Below are positions 8,008 to 15,600 of a stretch of DNA of 26,471 bases, piece after piece. The number at the start of each line of letters is the position of its first letter. Position 1 is the first letter of the stretch. Source of the DNA: a virus (Duplodnaviria > Caudoviricetes); the IMG/VR virus record IMGVR_UViG_3300027797_002818, positions 1-26,471 of that record. One strand, written 5' to 3'. Below the pieces are notes generated by a model that was not told where the DNA came from, did no database searches, and saw only the letters and a list, made by a program, of their open reading frames with translations. Position numbers and translations under genes: made by a program.

Positions 8008-8059
8008 TTGCACGAGAGTGCACACATAGGGATAGTGATCTCCTCACCCAATAACACAC
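8008..8059 (+). promoter_or_regulatory. Sigma70-like promoter with AT-rich upstream element and conserved leader
   Basis: TTGCAC 8008-8013, 17 nt spacer, GATAGT 8031-8036. AT-rich tract upstream, TGCAC-gaga-GTGCA palindrome over the -35, CCTCACCCAATA at 8042. Confidence 0.65.
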
Positions 8060-8968
8060 ATGAGCAACACCATCGAACAGCACAACGTCACCGCCGAAGG
8101 CTATAATGCCCTCGTCAGCGCCGTTACCACCGAACTCGCCAAGGCCGGCTATAAGACCGCCATCGAGGTCACCCAGCACAACAACGGCCACTACGCTGGC
8201 TCCCATGAGAAGACCACGTTCCGCGTGATCTTCGGCGAGAGCAGCAACAAGGCCATCGACGCTTACAAGGCTAAGATTGCCGCCGCCAAGGCCAATATCG
8301 CTGACCTCACCAGTAAGCATTTCATCACCACCGGCGAGTTTAGTTGGATTGATAACGTGGTTGCGCTTCCCGAGAACCCGTTCACCGCCTTTGACAAGAC
8401 CGGCAACATCGTCATGACGATCCTCGGCGCAAGCACCCGCGCCAACGGCGCTATCGACTGCATCAGCTATAGCACCTACAACGTCTTCCCTAATACCGAC
8501 ACCAAGCGCTCTTGGGATGGCAATGTCACGGAATGCCAGCGCACCAGCGAAGCTTCTACCGGCAGCATTAAGAGCTATCAGGGCCGCCCGATCAACCCGG
8601 AGTCCACCGCTAAGCGCCTTGTTAAGCTCCTCGCCGAGAATTTCGGCCATCACTTCTCGACCAACGTCTATACTGCGGCCACGTTGACCTCCGCTGAGCT
8701 TGCTAGGCATCGCTCTGCTAAGGCCACTGTGAACGCCGAGCAGGCTTGCTTGAAGGCCAATGCCGCCATCCTCGCCGCCCTTATTCCTAACTCCAAGGTA
8801 GCCTCCGTTGAGCGCAAGTACCGGGGCGCCGGTGTCGGCGACGATGTTCAGATCAAGTTCAACATCAGCCTTGCTGACATCAGCAAGCACCTCGTCAACA
8901 ACGAGCAGTATCCTACTAACGCTCAACTCATGGAGGCCGTCGTCGCCATGATCAAGGCCGCCAAGTAA
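8060..8968 (+). CDS. Hypothetical early protein, 302 aa
   Basis: ACACAC-ATG leader and strong C-ending codon bias; no family recognised. Confidence 0.85.
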   Translation: MSNTIEQHNVTAEGYNALVSAVTTELAKAGYKTAIEVTQHNNGHYAGSHEKTTFRVIFGESSNKAIDAYKAKIAAAKANIADLTSKHFITTGEFSWIDNVVALPENPFTAFDKTGNIVMTILGASTRANGAIDCISYSTYNVFPNTDTKRSWDGNVTECQRTSEASTGSIKSYQGRPINPESTAKRLVKLLAENFGHHFSTNVYTAATLTSAELARHRSAKATVNAEQACLKANAAILAALIPNSKVASVERKYRGAGVGDDVQIKFNISLADISKHLVNNEQYPTNAQLMEAVVAMIKAAK

Positions 8969-9013
8969 TTTCCATCCGGAAAACCAAACCCAAACCAAAC
9001 ACACACCACACAC

Positions 9014-9244
9014 ATGGCCTACATCAAGCCAACCAAAGTCGTCTCCCATGAGGAGATCCACAACATGATCCGAGAACTCCACGATCCCATGATCGAGGTG
9101 CTCGGGAAGCGCCACTCGGAGGTTAACCCCTTCGAAGACATGCCCGAGATGATCCGCATTCACAATGCGACTGTTCTCGCTGTTGAGGACCTCCACAAGC
9201 GCGTCGCCGCCCTCGAAGCCATCATCAACGCTAAGAAGGCCTAA
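9014..9244 (+). CDS. Hypothetical protein, 76 aa, C-terminal coiled coil
   Basis: Long AC-rich leader ending ACACAC-ATG. Confidence 0.8.
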   Translation: MAYIKPTKVVSHEEIHNMIRELHDPMIEVLGKRHSEVNPFEDMPEMIRIHNATVLAVEDLHKRVAALEAIINAKKA

Positions 9245-9251
9245 CCAACCA

Positions 9252-9267
9252 GCCCCCGAAAGGGGGC
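9252..9267 (+). other. GC hairpin with GAAA tetraloop (RNA stabiliser or weak terminator)
   Basis: GCCCCC-GAAA-GGGGGC in an intergenic gap; no immediate U tract. Confidence 0.6.
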
Positions 9268-9280
9268 ACCCTTTACCATC

Positions 9281-9571
9281 ATGGACGATATCATCAACAA
9301 CGCGCTCAACGCGCTCCACACCAACAACCAGCTTATGGCTACCCGGGCTGAGCTTGCCACCGCGCAGGAGAACTACCATCTCCTCAATGAGCGCGTCGCC
9401 AAGATCATCGCGGCACAGGAGCTTATCAACGCCGACTTCGAAAAGCTTCGCGTTAAGATCGGTGAGCTTCAGGCCGCCGGCCGCGCGCTCCACAAAGCTG
9501 CGTCTACTGACAGCGACGTATCCACGGCGCTCACACAATGGGAGGAAGCCGACAACAATGCGTCCGCATAA
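9281..9571 (+). CDS. Coiled-coil hypothetical protein, 96 aa
   Basis: Heptad-rich helical sequence; same codon bias as neighbours. Confidence 0.8.
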   Translation: MDDIINNALNALHTNNQLMATRAELATAQENYHLLNERVAKIIAAQELINADFEKLRVKIGELQAAGRALHKAASTDSDVSTALTQWEEADNNASA

Positions 9572-9716
9572 GCGTCACTTCCTTACTGTTCGACTCAACC
9601 CGGCCGAGATCAAATCGCTTAAGCGCCTCGCTAAGAAAAGCGACTACCGCACCACCAGCGGCTTGACCACATTCCTTCTTCGCGCCTTCCTCGCCAAATT
9701 CACCCAAACCAAATAA
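9558..9716 (+). CDS. Ribbon-helix-helix-like DNA-binding protein, 52 aa
   Basis: MRPHKRHFLTVRLNPAEIKSLKRLAKKSDYRTTSGLTTFLLRAFL fits the CopG/Arc strand-helix-helix pattern. It is the 3' part of the 9165..9716 ORF. Confidence 0.65.
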   Translation: MRPHKRHFLTVRLNPAEIKSLKRLAKKSDYRTTSGLTTFLLRAFLAKFTQTK

Positions 9717-9724
9717 CTCCCACC

Positions 9725-10438
9725 ATGGACATCAACACCAACAACAAGCTCAGCGCCGTCGCTTCCACGGCTCTGGTCAAGGCTATCAGCGAAGTTCAAC
9801 CGCCAAAGTTCGACGCGAAGAACCCCCACTTCGGCAACAAGTATGCGACCCTCGGTTCGCACATTGACGCCATCAAGGGAACTTTTGCCAAGCACGGCTG
9901 GACTATCATCCAGCACCCGTCCTCGCACAGCGGACAGGTAGGCATCAAGAGCATCTTGCTCCACGTCACCGGCGACCAGATCGAGTTCGAGGCCCACATC
10001 CCTGTGGACCCGGCCAAGATCGACGCGCAGAAGGCTGGCTCGATCTATAGCTATCTTCGCCGGTACGCATTGTCGGCCATCGCAAATCTCGCCGCAGAGG
10101 ATGACGATGGTCAAGGCGCGGTAGAGAGCTTGACCAATAACTACAAGCCGGTTGATAAGACGTCGTACGACGCTCCGGCCAAACCCAAGCAGGCCCCGAC
10201 GTCCGTTAAGGGCGAGTGGCGCAACGCTATTCTCCACTTCGGTAAGAACAAGGGTCAGACCCTTGGCCAACTCCCAGCTAACAGTCTCGACTGGTACGCT
10301 AAGGAATGGCAGCCCAAGCCTTACGGCGACAAGGGCATCTCCGAAGCTGACGTGACGCTCCGCAACGCGCTCGACGAATACCTCAAGGCCAAAACCGGCC
10401 CGGGCTCCGTCGACACCTCTGACGAAGTTCCGTTCTAA
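9725..10438 (+). CDS. erf: ERF-family single-strand annealing protein with C-terminal FGKxKG domain and acidic tail
   Basis: KNPHFGNKYATL, LLHVTGD and QKAGSIYSYLRRYALSAIANLAAEDDDG are ERF signatures. C-terminus has HFGKNKGQTLGQL and ends DEVPF. Confidence 0.92.
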   Translation: MDINTNNKLSAVASTALVKAISEVQPPKFDAKNPHFGNKYATLGSHIDAIKGTFAKHGWTIIQHPSSHSGQVGIKSILLHVTGDQIEFEAHIPVDPAKIDAQKAGSIYSYLRRYALSAIANLAAEDDDGQGAVESLTNNYKPVDKTSYDAPAKPKQAPTSVKGEWRNAILHFGKNKGQTLGQLPANSLDWYAKEWQPKPYGDKGISEADVTLRNALDEYLKAKTGPGSVDTSDEVPF

Positions 10439-10445
10439 TAGCCAC

Positions 10446-10517
10446 GGCCCTGTCGTTCAACGGATAGGACAGGCGTTTCCTAAACGCTAGATCTAGGTTC
10501 GATTCCTAGCAGGGCCA
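10446..10517 (+). tRNA. tRNA-Arg(CCT), reads AGG
   Basis: Acceptor GGCCCTG/CAGGGCC, anticodon arm GGCGT-TTCCTAA-ACGCT, T arm CTAGG-TTCGATT-CCTAG, A20 identity base; CCA not encoded. Confidence 0.92.
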
Positions 10518-10544
10518 TAACTTTCACCCACACCAAACACACAC

Positions 10545-11009
10545 ATGATCAACAACACCAAAGACGATGGCTCTTTCGCCATCAAACAAATCAAGACCAC
10601 CAGCGGATACTCCGCGCGTATCAGCGCGACGGATCACCGCAAGTTGTACGCCCGCAAGGCGGACCTCGGCATGGGCTACGGCAAGTCGGTTCACGGCATT
10701 CTCAGTGCCGCTGTTCCTGCTGCGCTTTACAAGCAGATCGTCATCACGGCGCGCGAGGAGAAGATGAACATCTCCGACCTCATCCGCCGGGGTGTCATGA
10801 GGGAGATCGGAGCCATCAGGCTTTCGCGCTCTCTTAATCTCGACCCTGCGGTCTACGGCGCTACCAGCACCCAATTCCCGGCTCCTAAGCCCGTTCGCAA
10901 GAGCAAGGCTGAGAAGAAGGCCAAGGTCGAGGCTCGCAAAGCCAAGGCTGAAGCTCAGGGTGCCATCCGCGAGCTCCGCAAGGTGCTTAAGAAGCTCGCC
11001 AAGGGCTGA
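10545..11009 (+). CDS. Basic protein with RHH-like core and Lys/Ala-rich tail
   Basis: LSAAVPAALYKQIVITAREEKMNISDLIRRGV fits an RHH pattern; tail KSKAEKKAKVEARKAKAEA; ACACAC-ATG leader. Confidence 0.75.
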   Translation: MINNTKDDGSFAIKQIKTTSGYSARISATDHRKLYARKADLGMGYGKSVHGILSAAVPAALYKQIVITAREEKMNISDLIRRGVMREIGAIRLSRSLNLDPAVYGATSTQFPAPKPVRKSKAEKKAKVEARKAKAEAQGAIRELRKVLKKLAKG

Positions 11010-11013
11010 TTTT

Positions 11014-11095
11014 GCTCAGGTGGCGGAACGGCAGACGCAACGGCCTTAGGCGCCGTGGCCGACAAGGCGTAAGGGTTCGACTCCCTTCCTGAGTA
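11014..11095 (+). tRNA. tRNA-Leu(TAG), reads CUA
   Basis: Acceptor GCTCAGG/CCTGAGT, anticodon arm ACGGC-CTTAGGC-GCCGT, long variable arm, T arm AAGGG-TTCGACT-CCCTT, A73; no CCA. Confidence 0.92.
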
Positions 11096-11126
11096 GAGGT
11101 CCGACGAAAGTCGGGCCTCTTTGTTT
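11095..11126 (+). terminator. Intrinsic terminator after tRNA-Leu
   Basis: AGAGGTCCGAC-GAAA-GTCGGGCCTCT stem followed by TTGTTT. Confidence 0.75.
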
Positions 11127-11152
11127 GACGGGTAAGCCGAGGGCCACACCAT
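11125..11152 (+). promoter_or_regulatory. Putative promoter for tRNA-Ser
   Basis: TTGACG 11125-11130, 16 nt spacer, CACCAT; the tRNA starts 10 nt later. Confidence 0.45.
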
Positions 11153-11161
11153 GCCCGGCAC

Positions 11162-11246
11162 AGAGGGATGGCAGAGCGGCTTAATGCGTCGGTCTTGAAA
11201 ACCGAAGTCGGGCAACCGGCCGTGGGTTCGAATCCCACTTCCTCTG
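11162..11246 (+). tRNA. tRNA-Ser(TGA), reads UCA
   Basis: Acceptor AGAGGGA/TTCCTCT, anticodon arm TCGGT-CTTGAAA-ACCGA, long variable arm, T arm GTGGG-TTCGAAT-CCCAC, G73; no CCA. Confidence 0.92.
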
Positions 11247-11257
11247 CGCTTCAGGGC

Positions 11258-11278
11258 GGGCCGACTTGCGGCCCTTTA
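11258..11278 (+). terminator. Possible terminator after tRNA-Ser
   Basis: GGGCCG-acttg-CGGCCC followed by TTTA; the U tract is short. Confidence 0.45.
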
Positions 11279-11344
11279 AGGCTTAGCCACCCCACACGCG
11301 ATCTCACAACCAACAGAGATAGCGTATAGAGGGCCCTAGCCGTG

Positions 11345-12379
11345 TCAAGGGGACGGCTTTGCGTTAGTCCTGTCCCTAACCCAGTCCCAAGCATACCAGA
11401 GCGCCAGAAGGGCAAGGCCACTCAGGGTGCAGGCCACGATTATGCCAAAATATTCCGAGTCTATCACGAACGGGACTGCGCCCATAGCTATGCCACAGCC
11501 AAGTAATGGAAGGCCGGTCTTTGGGCCCATGAATATCATGCAGGCTGCGCCCGCCGCCGACATGGCTATGCCGGCCAGAGTCCATAGGTTAGCTGACGCG
11601 TCTTTCTTGACCCTGACCATTTCGTCTTGGAGCTCTACGATTCGTTTGTCGCGAGCTTCAATCGCGGCCCTGTTTGTTTTTACCTGATCCTCAAGCTGTG
11701 CCCATTCCTTTTCTACCTGCTTCTGTTTCTCTGCGGCCTTCTTGCGCTGAGCTTCATATTCAGCTGGCGTGGCCTTCTCACTACGCTGGCGCGCGTAGGC
11801 AAGATCACCTTCCGTAGCCTTTGGTAAGCTTGACGCAGCTACAGAGAGCTCAGATTCGACGACAGCTGGCTTGCCGGCCGCATTAGCTTCCCGCGCGACG
11901 ACGACAGCTGCAGCTACGCGAGAGTCTATCACGTCGATATCTTTACCCACTTGATCAAGTGCGGCCAGCTTGGGGGCTGGCTCAGCTGCCGGTAGCTCTT
12001 TGTCAGGGCTCTTACACCCAACAAGCACAGACATGGACATTACGACCAAGGCTATGCGAGAGGACTTAAGCACCTTGGCTATAAGGCCTATGGCGACTAT
12101 CACACACGCGACAGTCAGGGCCATGGCCATGTCACCGCTTGTTTCGAGCGCGCGCTGGGCTGCGTTTAGGTTTTGCTCGAGATTCTTGTCGTCGCTTGCA
12201 ACCCCGCTGTCCGTCAGCAGAACCACCATCGCACTGGTTGAGCGGAGGGAGCTTAATACCGATTGAACGACAAAGCTTGTATAGACCGCACAGGATGCGG
12301 CCATGGATAGTATCACGAATGTTGCCCATAAAAGGTTACTTCGATCGTCTGCGCTTTTTGGTGGTCGGTTTTGGTGCAT
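11345..12379 (-). CDS. Membrane protein with internal lipobox, coiled coil and C-terminal TM segments (spanin candidate)
   Basis: Two N-terminal hydrophobic helices, then RIALVVMSMSVLVGC lipobox, a long coiled coil and three C-terminal hydrophobic segments. Directly follows the holin. Confidence 0.7.
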   Translation of the reverse strand: MHQNRPPKSADDRSNLLWATFVILSMAASCAVYTSFVVQSVLSSLRSTSAMVVLLTDSGVASDDKNLEQNLNAAQRALETSGDMAMALTVACVIVAIGLIAKVLKSSRIALVVMSMSVLVGCKSPDKELPAAEPAPKLAALDQVGKDIDVIDSRVAAAVVVAREANAAGKPAVVESELSVAASSLPKATEGDLAYARQRSEKATPAEYEAQRKKAAEKQKQVEKEWAQLEDQVKTNRAAIEARDKRIVELQDEMVRVKKDASANLWTLAGIAMSAAGAACMIFMGPKTGLPLLGCGIAMGAVPFVIDSEYFGIIVACTLSGLALLALWYAWDWVRDRTNAKPSP

Positions 12380-12683
12380 GTTTGATTTCCTTTTCGCCGC
12401 GCGCGCGGACGTATTTTATGAGGTACTCCATGATCTCTGGAGCAACTGCGCCGGCGGCGCCTATCGAAGCATAAAGTGCACCCTTACTGGTGATATAATC
12501 CTGAGCAAGCAGTCCAACGATGGCTGCGGTTATCATAGCTGCAGCACCACGTCTGACGATCCACGCCAATGATAGCGGCTCGTCGCTCAAAAGAATTCTG
12601 GCGCACATGGCCGCACCTCCGAGAATGCCGGAGATAATTCCGTCTTTAGCCAGTCCGGCCATATCAGGTTCAGCGGCGCTCAT
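12336..12683 (-). CDS. Putative holin (about three TM helices, basic C-terminus)
   Basis: Gly/Ala-rich hydrophobic segments and tail KHAPKPTTKKRRRSK; lies near the end of the late operon, overlapping the giant gene stop. Confidence 0.7.
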   Translation of the reverse strand: MSAAEPDMAGLAKDGIISGILGGAAMCARILLSDEPLSLAWIVRRGAAAMITAAIVGLLAQDYITSKGALYASIGAAGAVAPEIMEYLIKYVRARGEKEIKHAPKPTTKKRRRSK

Positions 12684-15600
12684 CACGTTCTAGGGTTGGC
12701 ATCATTTCACGTCGCTTAAGCAGGAAAGCCAGCCTCTTGACGCCATTGGTACTGATTGACTCGCCTCCGTTTACATCCGCGCCGGTAATTTGCATGAGAG
12801 GTATGCCTTCCATAACCCTACGCCTGAACTGGATTTCTTCTTCCTTGGAGCGAACTAGAGGGCTATGCACAAGCGTAGTGGTGAGGGGGTTGGTCATCCT
12901 TATCACATATGCTGCTGATGCAGCCGGGTCTAGGTGGGCCCTCGGGAAGAATAGCTTCACTAGGCCATCGACATGTGCCTTGTGCTCTATGCCTGCGGCG
13001 AGGGTGCCTGATGGATCGGGCCTATACATCAACGGCTGTATGTTCCTGTTCATTGGATTAATGGAATTACCATAGGGCTGAAGTCCGGCGCCCTTGAGCT
13101 CAAACTTGTCGGCAACAATCATTGGCGTAGTTGAAGATCCAACTTGGTCTTGGTTTATCATTCCGCGCTCTATTAAAGCGAGGGTCACAGCCTTGTTTGA
13201 TTCTCTGCTTGGCGCCATGGCGTCCCCGGCCATTCCAGACGGCATATTTTCACCGGCGAATTTCTCGTTAAGCTGAGGACCTATTAAACCCCTTTCGATA
13301 TACTTAGCACGGATGGCTTCCTTGATCCTAGATAGGTCCATGTCACCAAACACGCTTTCGTCAGTTCCCGTTGGGAAATGCCCGGCGAATTCTTTCATGA
13401 TAGACGTAGGAGATATCGTTCCAAAGTCTACGTAAGCTCCAGCCGGTCCAAATTCCTTAAGGAACGTGCGGACCATCCAGTTGTTGCCCTTGTACTTGGA
13501 TGACCGCAGATACCTTTCACGGAACGCCTCAAGCTGCCTAGGGCTAGCCTGAGTCTGGTCTATCTTTTCGATGACTTTGCCACTCGCGTCAGATAGCACC
13601 AGCCAGTTGCCATCAACATTGACAGAGGGGCGGTCAAATGAATCTAGCGAGTAGTTAAGCTTGAAGGCTTCTGTCGATCCGGGAACGGCGAGCTCTAAGG
13701 CGTATTGAGGCAGGCCATAGTTAGCTATGTAGCCCCATCCGGCAGAGTTCGAATTGGCACCAGCTGCCACAAATAGTCCAGCCTCAGAGCCGACTTTGGT
13801 GGTTATCTTGTCGGTGTTAGATTTATTGACCACCTTCTTGCCCTCATAAACATGCACCCTGTTTGATATAGGGCCGTACAGGTTTATTGGGGCGCCAGTA
13901 TAGGTGCCGACGCGTCCCCGATAAGCCATCATCCAGTCATCCGGGAAGGCCTTCTCTGCTTCACGACCAAGGGCCATAAGGGCTATTTTAAAGTGGTCAG
14001 CCAGCTTGCCCTCTTGACCTCCGTGGGTGAACACCTTGCCACCAGTAAGCTCACCAACGTGTTGAGCTACTTCAAGCGTGGCCAGCCTGTGGAAGAATCC
14101 AGAGTGAGGCCCTTCTGGCCCGTTGACTGACTTTCCGGTATTCTTTTCCCAAGCCAAGATGGCTCCACTAACATACATGGTCATATCTTTAGGCATGCCC
14201 GCATCCCTGAGTGAGAGCAGGTGGCCTTGTGATCCGCCAATCCTAAGCCAGCCTGCAGGCGTGGATATGCCTCCGCCGCGCTGAATCTGGTAAGTGGCAT
14301 CCATGATTCCCATGCCGTGCTGGCCATGGTTCATTGAATCCAGCACATTCATTATCAGCTGGCTGGTTTTGTAGGCGCCATCTTCGGCAAACGGCATGAC
14401 ATCAGGGAAGACAGTTATGTCCTCTACTCCATCCGGCATGGATACATGGCCGCTCTTATTTGGGCTAAAGGTTTCCTTAACCACCTTCCTCATGGCGGCT
14501 ATCTCGTCGGCCTTCCTGTTGGCGGCTTCCAAGAACTTAGGGCCACCAGACATAGCTGAATAGATCTCCACCACGTTTTTAGCAAAGTCGCCGGCCGCGC
14601 TTCCATTGTGCCTGTGGTATGGAGCGGTGTATACGTGTATGGCGCTATTGGCTACGCCCATTTTCTTTAAAGCCATAGCATAAGCCACAAATTGCTCCTT
14701 GGTATCAAACGTCCTGAAGGTGACATTACCAGCTGTGCCAAGGCCAAGTTGGCCGACAGGATTTACCCTTACCCATACCTGACCAAAGTCACCTTTAACT
14801 TCTGGGCAATTTGCAAGCGTGTCGCCTACTTCCTGAGGTGTAGTATCAACATCTAATGCGACTATGGTTGCCTTAAACCTGCTAGCTAAGGCGTTCTGGC
14901 TTTCATGCAGAACGTTGGAGAAGCTTTTTGCGGCCTCGGAGTGAGGCCTTGCCTGTGCTGGCCTGCGCTTAAGCTCGTCAAGTATGATCAAGACCGACTT
15001 GCCGATGTATGACTTACTGTCCGCGTAATCCTTTCGGATGCGCTCAATAGTCCTATCAACCAAGCTTTCGTAATCTACGGCGCCGGTTCCATCTATGTGG
15101 CCGCCAAGCTCTGTCGCCAGCTTCTCATCCTTGATCATAGACCGGACAACGTGAGTGGCAATTAGGTCTCCTATCTTTGAGCTATTGCGCCCAATACTAA
15201 CCAGCTCGCTTACAAACCTATGCATTTCTCCGGTAGCCCCAGCAGCCTCAAGCATATCGAGCTCCTTCTTCAGGGCGTCTAGGCCTTGGTTTCGCATAGC
15301 CTCTACGCCTCGATTAATAATGGCAGCCGTCATCTCGAGCTGCTTTTTTGCAATCGAAGCCACGCCATCAATGGTCCGCATGTCTCTGAGCAGTTTTTCT
15401 TTCATTTGCTCAGCCCTTGGGTTGCGCATTGATAGGTCCGCATGCTCAGCGTTCGTTATGTTTTCGATCATGCGCTGCTTCATCTTTTCGTACACAGCAT
15501 TCTCTACGTTTTCAGGCGAGAAATACGGGTAGCTGCGGATGGTGTCTATAAGCTCATGATCAAAGTCATAGACGAACACCTCGGTAGGAGATACCTGACC

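Noticed and set aside
7997-9538. 513-aa minus-strand ORF, and similar antisense ORFs at 4765-5613, 5872-6690, 6446-7345 and 9644-10270
   Set aside because: These shadow strongly codon-biased plus-strand genes that have leaders or family motifs; the antisense translations show no recognisable motifs.
9165-9557. Ser/Thr/Arg-rich N-terminal extension of the 9165-9716 ORF
   Set aside because: It is an off-frame read-through of two real genes; only the part from ATG 9558 looks like a protein.
11014-11246. tRNAs with TAG and TGA anticodons as stop-codon suppressors, implying genetic recoding
   Set aside because: These anticodons read CUA (Leu) and UCA (Ser); suppressors would need CTA or TCA. Genes are intact in the standard code, and both TAG and TGA are used as stops.
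10446-11246. tRNAs as a prophage attachment site or host boundary
   Set aside because: No integrase and no duplicated tRNA 3' end are visible, and phage-like genes lie on both sides.
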